Below, in pieces: positions 39,844 through 52,976 of a DNA stretch of 64,000 nucleotides; the stretch's first letter is position 1, and each line of letters starts with the position of its first letter. A program made the translations under genes and the position numbers. Below the pieces are notes generated by a model. It saw only the letters and a program-made list of their open reading frames with translations, was not told the DNA's origin and searched no databases. Origin of the DNA: Anolis carolinensis (lineage: Eukaryota); assembly GCF_035594765.1 (NCBI RefSeq), contig NC_085842.1, positions 320,601,359-320,665,358 of the forward strand. The letters are read 5' to 3'.

Positions 39844-40454
39844 ATTCTTGTGCATATATATACATTATACCGGCATATATAAATGTATATGTATGCATTA
39901 CTTATACATTATATCATACCATTTCCCTCTCTATGTGCATATATATAAATTATATAAATGTATGTATCAAATATACATTGTATCATACTATTCCTCATGG
40001 AGCCCTCAGTGGTGCAGTGGATTAAATCCTTGTGCTGGCAGGACTGATGGCTTGAAGGTTGGGTTGCTGACCTGAAGGTTGCCGGTTCAAATTCAACCTA
40101 GGGAGAGCGCGGATGAGCTCCCTCTATCTGCTCCAGCTCCATGTGGGGACATGAGAGAAGCCTCTCACAAGTATGGTAAAAACATCAAAACATATGGGTG
40201 TCCCCTGAGCAATGTCTTTGCAGACGGCCAATTCTCTCACTCCAGAAGTGACTTGCAGTTTCTCACCTTGCTCCTAACCGTATTTCCCTCTCTATGTGAT
40301 TATGTATGTAAATAATACATTATATCATTCTATTTTCCCCTCTATATGTATATGGAGTAAATAATAGATTATATATATATACATATATGTCTGCATTAAT
40401 TATATATTATATTATATTATACTATTTCCCTTTGTATGTACATATGTATGTAAA

Positions 40455-40495
<41 letters not shown>

Positions 40496-41169
40496 CATTA
40501 TATATCATACTACAGTAGAGTCTCACTTATCCAACATAAACGGGCCGGCAGAACATTGGATAAGCGAATATGTTGGATAATAAGGAGGAGTTAAGGAAAG
40601 GCCTATTAAACATCAAATTAGGTTATGATTTTACAAATTAAGCACCAAAACATCATGTTATACAACAAATTTGACAGAAAAAGTAGTTCAATATGCAGTA
40701 ATTCTATGTAGTAATTACTGTATTTACGAATTTAGCACCAAAATATCACGATGTATTGAAAACATTGACTACAAAAATGCATTGGATAATCCAGAACGTT
40801 GGATAAGCGAATGTTGGATAAGTGAGACTCTACTGTATTTCCTTCTCTATGTCAAATACACACAGTATATATTATACATTATTTTATACTATATATGTAT
40901 ATATATACATATACTATATATGTCTGTGTATGCATTAATTATACATTAAATTATACTATTTCCCTCTCTATGTGCATAGATATGTAAATAATAATAATAA
41001 TATACATACATATAGATAGATAGATATATATTGATTATACATCATATCATACATTTCCCTCTGTATGTATATATATAAAATACATGTATACACAGTGAGA
41101 CAGAGGGAAGGTATAATAAAACAAATACTTAGTAACGTAATTATAAAATTAGTGCTATAGATTTAAAAG

Positions 41170-41890
41170 CCTCCAGGGCGATTTGGCGTTACCTCTTCCT
41201 CCTTTCCTTCATAAATCGCTTGTCACCATGGCGACAGGAGGGCAGAGGCGTAGTCTTGTTGTAAATAAAAAGAAATAGCATGGAAATCAGGGATTAGTTG
41301 TAAATCGAAAGAAACATGAGGAAAGGCCGCAAGCAAGACTGAGGCGAACTCGAGCGACGGCGGCGCCGCCTAGGCCGCGCGTTTCCCTGGCAACGCCGCC
41401 AAGCGTAGCGTTCAAAGCCTCGCGCCCGCACGCCGCGCCGCTAACATCCAATGGGAATCCAGCAAGCGAAAGGAGCGGGGCTTTATCCGACCAATCAGAA
41501 AAGCGGACGTAGAATCCCAATCCCGCCCTTTTATTCCAGGCAGGAAGACGCTTCTTCCGTCCCTCAAATTTAGCTGGATTTCTCATCCAATGAAGAAAGA
41601 GGCTCGGATTTTCCCTCTAATTGGTGCATCGACCTATCAATCCTAGTTTGAACTCCAATCAAAGCTCCGTCCTTAATACACCGCTCCGCCCTCGCTGTTT
41701 GGTCACGTCAAAGGCGGGTAAGTGTTGCTAGGAGTAATCACGTAGCTCTTTTTCCGATTGGGCGAACGGTTTGCCACGACGATTGACAAGCGCGAGGACC
41801 AACCAGGAGGCTCTATTGCAGCCAGGCTCTGATCAGGTCTTTCTGCTTAGTCTTCAAGGAAGAAATAGCCCGATTGGGTGAGGTAAATGA
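41170..41890. promoter_or_regulatory. CpG-rich bidirectional promoter of KIF24 (-) and NUDT2 (+), with probable non-coding first exons
   Basis: Strongest CpG cluster in the window; several CCAAT/ATTGG boxes; X-boxes at 41222-41235 and 41381-41394; minus-strand donor at 41192; plus-strand donors at 41718 and 41883. Confidence 0.85.
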
Positions 41891-42434
41891 TTTTTCTTAA
41901 AAGTCTCAAGATTTAATAATGTGTAATAACTGAACTTTTATTTATTGTATGTATTTCTATTATTTTTGTTATATTTATACCCTTAAGGAACTATTTAATT
42001 AAAAACTAAATACAGTAGAGTCTCACTTATCCAATATAAACGGGCCGGCAGAATGTTGGATAAGCGAATATGTTGGATTATAAGGGGAGATTAAGGAGAA
42101 GCCTATTAAACATCAAATTAGGTTATGATTTTACAAATTAAGCACCAAAACATCATGTTATACAACAAATTTGACAGAAAAAGTAGTTCAATATGCAGTA
42201 ATGCTACGTAGTAATTACTGTATTTATGAATTTAGCACCCAAAAATCACGATATATTGAAAATATTGACTAAAAATGCGTTGGATAATCCAGAACGTTGG
42301 ATAAGTGAATGTTGGATAAGTGAGACTCTACTATAAGTGTATTTGCTTTTAATTGTGCATTTTTTAATATTACTATATTTTATCAAGTCTAGGATGTACT
42401 TTCTCCACCATCTCTAAAAATATGATATGTCAGT

Positions 42435-42582
42435 GGCCCCTTCTACACTGCCATATAATCCAGATTATCAAAGCAGGAAATCCACATAATCTGCTTTGAA
42501 CTGGATTATACGAGTCTACACTGCCATATAATCCAGTTCTAAGCAGATAATCTGGATTTTATTTGGAAGTATAGAAGGGGCC
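42435..42582. repeat. Palindromic MITE family (ggccccttctacactgccatataatccag...); copies at ~17250, 42680, 44290, 47230, 51482, 53430
   Basis: GGCCCCTTCTACACTG / CAGTGTAGAAGGGGCC inverted termini. Confidence 0.75.
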
Positions 42583-43034
42583 TTAGAATCACAATTGCTT
42601 ATTCTCATATCTAAATAAAGCTTTTTTCCTGTTCATGGTAATGAAATCAGTGTGCATCTTACAGTCAATGGCATCAGAAGCCTCTTCCACACAGCTGTAT
42701 AAAATCTACATTGAACTGGATTATATGGCCGTGTGGGCTCAGACAATCTAGTTCAAAACAGATATTATGGATTATTCGCATTGATATTCTGGGTTAAATA
42801 GCTGTGTGAAAAGACCCTTAGAAGCAAAGAAATACAGTAACATCAAGAATACAGAGTTTATGGTAGGATGTATACGGGGGTATAGTATAATGCCTAAGTT
42901 TATAAGTAACGCTCAAGCAACTAGAAACTACATTTATCCAGTATCTACCAGGTAAACTGAACGTCTACTGTATTTATAATGTCCATTTAAAACAATCTAA
43001 AAGTGTAGCTCCCACCTATACAATTCTATGATTG

Positions 43035-43899
43035 TGTGATGACTCATGGGCCTTGTAGTCCTGTTCCTAGTACTATTGTGGCAGACGAAGAGGAAAACAT
43101 GGGATTTTCGCCGGTTCGGCCAGAGCCGGAGCCTCTTCACCTGCAGGATGTTGATATTTGCCCACAAGAATCTAGCCAAACAAGCCTTGGACAGAACTCC
43201 CCCCGTTTTCCCGGAGGGACAATTATACCAAAGATAGGGGAGTCAGGGAGGCTAATCGCAGAAGCCTGAGAATCGCTGCCAAACAAATGGCTGATTAGGC
43301 CTGCTTCCCTTGGGAAATTCTAAGGAGTCATGCATCTGGACAGAGTTGGGTTTCGCTTCTCGTTCTCTAGGGAAAGAATTCTGTTGGCGGGAAAACGAGA
43401 CCCAATATAGGTGTTTCGCGCAAGGGAGACTTTGCGGAGTCAATTGATCAGCTTGAGGAGAGAGATCGTGTGTGGACTTCGTAATCCCAGTTCCTTGCTT
43501 CCCGGATCAAGTTTCAAGCCTTGCCTTTGTCTCATGTTTTTACCACGGACTATGTTTCATGCTTCATGTTCATCTTGCCTCCAGTCAAGGATCTAGTCGA
43601 GAATCAAGTTTATTCAGCCTTGTTGTCAAGCTTCATTGGACTTTAAAGACTCTGTTATTTCCCCACACTATTGCTTGGCAAAGTGTGTGTTTCGGTCAAG
43701 TGGATTAAAACTTTGAACTCTAATATCTTATATTGGACAATACATTTCTTGACTATATTTGACCTTATCTGAAAGGTCTGCTTCTGAACTATATTCTTCA
43801 CTTGTTTTTATTGATTTTATATATTTCTTTAATAAAGATATTAGATAGATTCTGGCCTCTGTGTAAGGTTATTGGTGCCCTGCAGCCTGGGTCCTGACA
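43035..43899 (+). mobile_element. Solo LTR (second family) in the NUDT2 5' intron
   Basis: TGTGA...TGACA termini; 5-bp TSD GATTG (43030-34, 43900-04); AATAAA at 43831. Confidence 0.88.
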
Positions 43900-44813
43900 G
43901 ATTGGTAGCTTGGACTGAAGATACTTGGAGAGCTACAAGTTATGTTATCATATAACACACATACATATATACATACATCCATACATACATCTATATATAT
44001 AAAAACATAATGTGTGTTTTCAATAACAAACCCACTGAACCAAATCACACCATCCAATCTATGTCTTTCAATCAAATAAACCTACAAAATTAAAGTCAAA
44101 ATTAAAAAAAAACCCCGCTGAAAACACAAAGTGGGGGGGGGGGGGAGAAGAGAAGGATGAGGAAGAGCTGTTCTCCCTCTGGCTGCCAGTCAGAAGGGTA
44201 GGTCCTGCCCCTTTTAGGCTCCCCCACTTCGTGTCATAGCAACCTCCTCAGCCACAATGGTGCCCGGGAGAAAGGCAGGGTTCAATTAGGCCTCTTCCAC
44301 ACTGCCTATAAAATACATGGCAGTGTAGACTCAAGGCCCTTCCACACAGCTATATAACCCAGAATGCCAAGGCAGATAATCCACGGTATCTGCTTTGAAC
44401 TGGATTATCTTGAGTCCACACTGCCATATAATCCAGTTCAGTGTGGATTTTATAAAACTGTGTGGAAGGGGCCTCATATAATCCAGTTCAAAGCAAATAA
44501 TTTAAGATTATAAATATAATATATTAAATATAATATATTAAAATTACTGTTGTATAATAAAACAGAAAAATATAATATCTAAAATCAGGACTATGAATAA
44601 AGAACAACACTCTGAAAACGGGAATTCTAGACAGAAACAATCAGGGCCAACTAACACCTCCCAACAAAACATTCCCCCTGGGAGGAAGCAGCCAGTCTTT
44701 GAAGCTGAAAGGCCATTACATGCTAATCATTCTGGCTAATTGCAGCATTCATACTTGCCTCCAACAGACAAAAAAAGGAACAACGAGAAATATTGTATAT
44801 CCACGAGCTTTAA

Positions 44814-45215
<402 letters not shown>

Positions 45216-45708
45216 TGATGTAAGAGAGATCCCCCTATTGTGTGGAATTCCAGACAAAAACAATCAGGGCCAGCTAACACCCCAGGCAGGAAGGAGCCAG
45301 ACTTTACAGCTGAAAGGCCATTCAATGCTAATCAAGCTGGCCAGTTGCAACATTCACACTTGTCTCAATCAGACAAGAGTTTTTTCTCCCGCTCTGGACA
45401 TCATTCCACAGATATATAAACCCCACTTGCCTAGTTTCCAATAGACCTCACCATCTCTGAGGGTGCCTGACGTATATGTGGGCAAAACATCAGGAGGGAA
45501 TGCTTCTGGAACATGGCCACACAGCCTGGAAAACTCACAGCAACCCAGTGATTCTGGCCATGAAAGCCTTCAACTACATATCCCAATCTTATCAGTTGAA
45601 ACTAACCTATCCATAATTCGAAATTTCTTAGATTTTAAGTGGTTGCCTAATACAAAGTAGAAATGTATATATCTAATAGTAATAGCATTCTCCATCCACA
45701 GTTATTGA

Positions 45709-46185
<477 letters not shown>

Positions 46186-46431
46186 CATTTTCAAAGGAAT
46201 GGTTAGTGTGCCTCATCCATAAAAATAAAACATGGGCTACTAGTAAAATACATGTCTCTTCCAGTTCTACTAGAGCAGGCATGGTCAAACTTGTGCCCTC
46301 CAGGTGTTTTGGACTTCAGCCAAATTCCTAACAGCCTATTGGCTGTTAGGAATTTGGCTGAAGTCCAAAACACCTGGAGGGCACAAGTTTGACCATACCT
46401 GGTATAGATGCATCTGGTGGTTTTTTGTTTT

Positions 46432-47035
46432 GTTCTCAATCTGGCGGTTGTAGGGGGGGTGTTAGAGGGGTCGTGGGAGTTATGTGTGTCAAGATTGGTT
46501 GAAGTCCATCGTTGGTGGAGTTCAGGATGCTCTTTGATTGTAGGTGAACTATAAATCCCAGCAACTACAACTCCCAAATGTCAAGGTCTATTTCCCCCAA
46601 ACTCCAGAATTGTTCAAATTTGGGCATATTGAGTATTCATGCCAAGTTTAGCTCACCAAATCTTTCTAGTATTTTCTGTTGGCCATGGGAGTTCTGTGTG
46701 CCCAGTTTGATTCAATTCCATTGTTGGTGGGGATTCGGAATACTCTTTTGATTGTAGATGAACTATAAATCCCAGCAACTACAACTCCCAGATGACAAAA
46801 TCAATCCACCCCCAACCCCACCAGTATTTAAATTTGGGCGTATCCGATATTTGTGCCAAATTTGGTCCAGTGAATGAAAATACATCCTGCATATCAGATA
46901 TTTACATTACGATTCATAACAGTAGCAACATGACAGTTATGAAGTAGCAATGAAAATAATGTTATGGTTGGGGGTCACCGCAACACGAGGAACTGTATTA
47001 AGGGGCCGTGGCATTAGGAAGGTTGAGAACCACTG
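46432..47035 (+). mobile_element. SPIN (Space Invader)-derived non-autonomous hAT element
   Basis: 3' 145 bp (gatatttacattacgattcataacagtagc...ggaaggttgagaaccactg) matches the SPIN/URR1 end as recalled; 5' end degraded. Confidence 0.75.
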
Positions 47036-47110
47036 TTCTAGAGGGATAGGGTCATCAATAGTCATCATCAACCACCTTGAAAAGTAACATGACTTTTTTT
47101 TTTATATCTC

Positions 47111-48834
47111 ACTAGCTGTGCCCGGCCACGCGTTGCTGTGGCATTGTCTGGTGGTGTTGGTGAGAAATTGTTGAGGTAGTGGTGGTATTGAATGTCTGTT
47201 GTATGGTTGTCTTTATGTTTAGTATGCACACTGAAGTGGATTATATGGCAGTGTGGAGTCAAGATAATCCAGTTCAAAGCAGATAATATAAGATTCTAAA
47301 TGGGTTATATAGCTGTGTGGAAGGGCCTTGAGTCTACACTGCCATATAATCCAGTTAAAATCTGATAATCTGTGGAAGAGGCCTAAGTGAGGCCTAACTG
47401 TGCCTGTCCCCTGGGCTGAGTAGGTTGCTAGGAGACTAAGTGGGCGGAGCTTTGCCTTCAAACTGGCAGCAATTGGATAAAAACTGTTATTCCTCTCCCT
47501 GTAATTAGGACTTTATTTTTCTTTTCTTTTTGTTGTATCAACCTTGAGGCGTGGATGATGGGTTGTGTTGTCAAATTTCGAGGTTGGGGGGCCTGTACTT
47601 TTATTGTTTTGTGAATTGCCGTGATGCCATCACTCTTTTATATATATAGACTAGCTTGGGGGACCCGGCGGTGCCCGGGTTGTTAGAACAGTGGTTGTCA
47701 ACCTGTGTGCCCCCAGGTGTTTTGACCTACAAGTTCCAGAAATTCCAGCCAGTTTACCAGGTTTTAGGATTTCTGAGAGTTGAAGGCAAAAACATCTGAG
47801 AATCACTTCATTAGAAGAAGATATTTTTTTTTTGTTTTGGGTTGTTAGGTAATATTACTGAAGTGTGGTTCAGTACTGGCTGGCTTCGTGCCGTCTGGAT
47901 AATAGTGAACTACAACTCCCAGATTCCCAGAGCAATCACCTCCACACCCTGCCAGTATTCACAGTTGGCCATGTTGGGTCTTTGTACCAAGTTTGGTCAA
48001 GATCAGATGTCAGCTGGGTTCAGAGCTTTCTGGATGTAGGTGAACTCTAACTTCCAAAATCAATGTCAATTCCACTACCCCCTCCAGTATGTTCAGTTGG
48101 TTATGGGGATTCTCTGTGCCAAGTTTGGTCCTGATCCCTTGTTGATGGGGGGTCATTGTTTCTCTGGATGGAGGTGAACTATAGCTCCCAAAATCAAGGT
48201 CCATTCCCACTACCCCCTGCAGTATGTTCACTTGGTCATGGGGCTTCTCTGTGCCAAATTTGGTCCCAGTCTATTGTTGGTAGGGGTCACAGTATCAGTG
48301 AAGGTACTGCAAGTCCCATCATCCATGGCCAGTGTGGTCCAGATGTATTGTTGGTTGGGTTAACAGTACTCTCTGGATGTAGGCAAAGTACAACTCTTGT
48401 AAATCATGGTGTGAATTTTCCCCAAACGTCTCTAATATATTCAGTTGCTGATCAATTCCTCTGTTAACTGTGTGCCATAGGAAAGGGTAGGAAAGAGTTA
48501 AGGTAGAGGTGGTGGGCGGGGTCATGCAAAGTAAGGAACCTTGGGATGTCCATTCTGGAGGAGAAAACAGAACGTCTAGGATGAGATTGTCCCCGCATGA
48601 AAGCTTTCACTTGCGCGGGGGACACAATGGTGTTTGTGGAGGACACAGGCAGGGTTTGGGCTGCACGTTCATGGCACTCACTATAACCTGTAAAGTCAGG
48701 TGAGGAAATGACTTGGTGGCTCCATAGCATTGGGAACTATAGTCTGTTTGTGGAGGCAAGAGGCTGTCTGTGTGAGCAGACACTTGTGCCACATACACAC
48801 ATACAGATTTTTCACTTTTATTATCTGTATATAA
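47111..48834 (+). mobile_element. Two head-to-tail non-autonomous elements, possibly Helentron/HINE-like; related copies at 1-49, ~43990-44911 (-) and ~60307-61360 (-)
   Basis: ACTAGC start followed by a short GC hairpin; TTTTATATATATAGA-type end; no TSD seen; composite interiors containing other MITEs. Confidence 0.5.
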
Positions 48835-49155
48835 GGATAGAAGATAGATGATAGATAGATAGCTAGATATCAAAGAATCTTCCAGTTAGCATCACCAATG
48901 GAAGTTCTAGCCCAAGAAAAATATCATCTTCTAGCTGTGGGCTATTGTCTAGAAAAGGTTTGGGGCAGAAACAGTGTGCAATAGGCCCTAATATTCTCCT
49001 AATAAGGAGTTAAGGTTCCTGTCTATATATCTGGCCGTAGTGTTGCAGCCAGGAGTGGTGCTGATGTGATGTCATGCTCAGCACATGCATTGTGAACTCT
49101 CTTTATGTGTGAGCTATGGCGTAGCATTGTCATCTAGTCAAGCATTGCACATCCA

Positions 49156-49365
49156 ATGTGTCGTTGAAGGCTTTTATGGCCGGAATCACAAGATTGCTGT
49201 GTGTTTTCCGGGCTGTATGGCCATGTTCCAGAAGCATTCACTCCTGACGTTTCGCCCACATCTATGGCAGGCATCCTCAGAGGTTGTGAGGTATAAGATG
49301 TGGGTGTAACGTCAGGAGAGAATACTTCAGGAACATGGCCATACGGCCTGGAAAACACACAAAAA
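49156..49365. mobile_element. Penelope-like element with inverted pseudo-LTR
   Basis: Same family; 13-bp TSD CATTGCACATCCA (49143-55, 49366-78). Confidence 0.8.
49243..49283 (-). ncRNA. Minimal hammerhead ribozyme motif in a Penelope pseudo-LTR
   Basis: CCU-CUGAGGA-U-GCCUGC(cauagau)GUGGGC-GAAAC-GUC-AGG: intact CUGANGA, GAAA and GUC boxes with stems I and II. Confidence 0.7.
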
Positions 49366-50185
49366 CATTGCACATCCAGTTACACTTTCTGATACAGTGC
49401 TTATTCACTACCAACTGGGAATGTGCAAGCAGCAGCCACATTCACGGGGATGTACTTGGCTACACAACATCATCCTTCAGCACAAGGTGGCGCAGCTCGA
49501 GAGTTGCTTTGCGATGAGTGCAGTTTTACTCTATGGATCCTTTAGTGAGATATCAGTTAGGTTGTCCCTTTCTAGACTGTCCTGTTCTTTAAAGATACAG
49601 GAGGCGATGTCTCTGTTCTAGTTAAGACAATGACCGGAACTCTGTTGTCGTCAGTGACCTTTATGTGTGAGGTTTTACTCTGGGACAATTGCACAATGGC
49701 CGTATTAATTCACAGCTACCCATTGGCATGGAAGGGTTGACTTGCATCAGTGACCTTTCTGCATTTGCTTTGCAGTTTGAGGCTGGGAAAAGAGAGGAGG
49801 AATGAGAAGAGTCAGGGCAACAAATGCCTCTGTTGCTGACCTGTGTGCATGAGTTCCCATTGTGATTAGAGAGGAGGTGAGTCAGCTGCACTTTGACCCT
49901 CTTTGTTTGGTTCTGCATTAGATAAAGCCTTGGGAACCAGTCTTCCCTTGGACCCACCTTGCCAAAGGGCTCCTCTTTGTTTGAGTGGAACTTATTGGCT
50001 ATGCAAGGACTGGCATACTTCTCTGCTGTAGACCACCTCCGGCATCATTTGCCACAAATAAAGCTTATGTTATAGCACTAGAACCAAAGGGATCCTTTTA
50101 ATGGCAGAGAAGTATAACTGTTTCTGGAGCAAGACGGGGCCTTTTCAATGGCTCCCCTGAATCCCAGAAGCCCCTCTTCCTAGAT

Positions 50186-50228
<43 letters not shown>

Positions 50229-50678
50229 TACTACTACTACTACTACTTGCATTTCTGTACCGCTTTTCTCACCCCTGGGAGGGCTCAAAGTGGTTTACAG
50301 CATAAAAAATGGCAAAATTCAGTGCCTCACCTATGTGTAAAAATTATCACATATCTAAATCAAAAATATAACTAGATTAAACCATTAAAACTATAAAAAC
50401 ATAAAACATAGACATACGCACGAAACAAGTTATTGCAGCAATTAACATAGATCCTTTCTCTTCCCTCATCACCCCCCCCCCCCCCAATCTTCCTCTCCTT
50501 TGGCAGGAAAATACATTTTTTAATCAGGTAGTCTTCTAGAATATTGTTCAATAAAGGGTTGATATTGCTGCTGTTGTTGTTGTTTCCCTTCAAGCATGAA
50601 TTAGAAGCCCCGTCTCCAGAGCCACAGTCAAGCATTGACTCCACTATGATGTCTCTTTTGGTTGCTTCTGTGGAACTG

Positions 50679-51299
50679 TGTTGTTGAAGGCTTTCATGGC
50701 CAGAATCACTGGGTTGCTGGGAGTTTTTTGTGTTGTATGGCCATGTTCCAGAAGCATTCTCTCCTGACGTTTCGCCCACATCTATGGCAGGGATCCTCAG
50801 AGATTGTGAGCTCTGTTGGAAACTAGGCAACTGGGGTTTATATATCTGTGGAATAATGTCCAGGGTTGGAGAAAGAACACTTGTTTGCTTGAGGCAAGTT
50901 TGAATGTTGCAATTGGCCAGCTTGATTGGCATTGATTGGCCTTGCAGCTTCAAAGTCTGGCTTCTTGCTGTCTGGGGGAATCCTTTGTTGGGAGGTGTTA
51001 GCTGGCCCTGATTGTTTCATGTCTGGAATTCCCCCAGTAAGGAAGAAGCCAGACTTTGAAGCTGCAAGGCTATTAAATGCTAATCAACCTGGCCATTGCA
51101 CCATTTACACTTGCCTCAGGCAGACAAGAGTTCTTTCTCACACCCTGGACATCATTCCACAGATATATAAACCACACTTGCCTAGTTTTCCAACAGACCT
51201 CACAAACTCTGAGGATGCTTGCCATAGATGTAGGCAAAATGCCAGGAGAGAATGCTTCTGGAACATGACCATAAAGCCCAGAAAACTCACAGCAACGTT
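50679..51299. mobile_element. Penelope-like element, two inverted halves (another fragment at ~45245-45580)
   Basis: Same family; TSD TGTGGAACTG (50669-78, 51300-09). Confidence 0.8.
50763..50803 (-). ncRNA. Minimal hammerhead ribozyme motif (core intact, stems slightly mutated)
   Basis: UCU-CUGAGGA-UCCCUGC...GUGGGC-GAAAC-GUC-AGG. Confidence 0.55.
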
Positions 51300-52121
51300 T
51301 GTGGAACTGCTTTTAATTACCTTTTATCCTTTCGGGATGCTTGCCTTGAATTGTTTTAGTGTTGGAAAGAGTTTAATTTTACTTTAATGTTGATGTTTGT
51401 TAAACTTACATATAACCTTGAGTCGTGATTTTGCAGGAAAAGTGGAGTACAAATATAGGCACAAACAAATAAATAGTCTGAGGCCCCCTTTACACAGCTG
51501 CATAAAATCCAGATTATCTGCTTTGAACTGGATTTTGTGTAGAATCAGATAATCCAGTTCAACGCAGATAATGTGGATTATCTGCCTTGATATTCTGGAT
51601 TATATCGTAGAGTAGAAGGGCTCTGAGTTCTTCACATTGCTCCACCCAAGTATGTCTCTTTACCTTGGTTGACCCATCTGAAATCTGGATTAAAACTGCA
51701 GTGAACAGTCCAACACTTTTGGGACCAGGAGGCAAATGCAGACCTTTATTGGGGTGATCTATGCAAACTTGTAATGGCCAGTATGAGAAACAGTTGTATC
51801 CACACTGACATTGAGTATTTTATTTATTTTAAAACAAGCAGCATTTGAATGAGGGTGTTTGGTTAGTGACAGCTAGATGGTAAAGCATGGTTGATCTAGA
51901 GTGGGTAGGGGCAAACTTTGGCTCTCCCTCCAGGTGTTTTGGACTTCAACTCCCACAATTCCTAACAGCCTACCGGCTGTTAGGAATTGTGGGAGTTGAA
52001 GTCCAAAACACCTGGAGGGAGAGCCAAAGTTTGCCCATGCCAGCTCTAAATAAAGGCAGTACAAAGGCACTTTGTGCAAATAAACTCCACTTAAAAGCAA
52101 CACCTTCAGCTCAAGTCCCAT

Positions 52122-52332
52122 TTAGCATCTCTGCTCGCTCGTGCCGTCAAAGAGAGGGGTGATGGTCCCGTCCTTCCATTCGATCAGAATCTCCCCGTGT
52201 TTTAGCGAAGGCGAAGGGAACGCTGGGGCCACCTGCACCTTAGGGCTGGAGGCAGGTGTCCCAGGTAAGGACAGGCCCTCCTCCTGCCTCACCTGCCGGC
52301 TCTTCAAAGCAGACAACATCCTCTTCTTCTTC
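52122..52332 (-). CDS. Cytoplasmic-tail last exon of the same gene
   Basis: Basic stop-transfer KKKR...PSPSLKHGEILIEWKDGTITPLFDGTSEQRC*; total CDS 978 nt = 325 aa. Confidence 0.82.
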
Positions 52333-52559
52333 CTAAATCGGAAACCCAATGACATTATTTACAAGGTGATATGCTCTGAAATCCAGAATGAGGCTTCCCA
52401 GTATGGTACATGAGCATTTGCCCATTGAAACTTATGTGTTCAATGATGCCAAGGCACAAATTAATCAGCCAAGATCCCTGATCTGTGTGAAAGATTTCCT
52501 GCTCCTCAGTTGTTGTTGTTGTGTATTATTATTATGTTTATACCCCAGCTTTTAAACCA

Positions 52560-52645
52560 TTGAACTGTTGAATTTGCTGGCCTTAAGGCTGGCAGTTCGA
52601 AGCCTGTCAGGGTGAGTTCCCGCTTTCAGCCCTAGTTATATGATA

Positions 52646-52701
<56 letters not shown>

Positions 52702-52976
52702 TAGTTCCTGCCAATCTAGCAGTTTGAAAACATGCAAATGTGAGTAGATCAATAGATACCACTTCAGCAGAAAGGTAATAAAAGGCTCCCATGCAACTAT
52801 CTTATTAATTAATAAAATGTATATTTTAATATCAATTAATAACTTAGTAAAGGTTTCCCCAGTCGTGACCAACTCGGTGGGTTGGTGCTAATCTCCATTT
52901 CTAAGTCGAAGAGCCGGCATTGTCCATAGACATCTCCAAGGTCATGTGGCCGGCATGACTGCATGGAGCGCTGTTA
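52560..52976. mobile_element. Rearranged Sauria SINE (5' half +, 3' half inverted) with an (AAT)n insertion
   Basis: Head and body on + to ~52795; gtaaaggtttcccc tail on - from ~52847. Confidence 0.7.

Noticed and set aside
50184-50250. Poly-Tyr, poly-Leu and poly-Ile ORFs (also at 4145, 22421, 52607)
   Set aside because: Translations of (AAT)n microsatellites.
50372-51387. 193-aa and 153-aa ORFs
   Set aside because: Span Penelope pseudo-LTR halves and flanks; no RT or GIY-YIG motifs.
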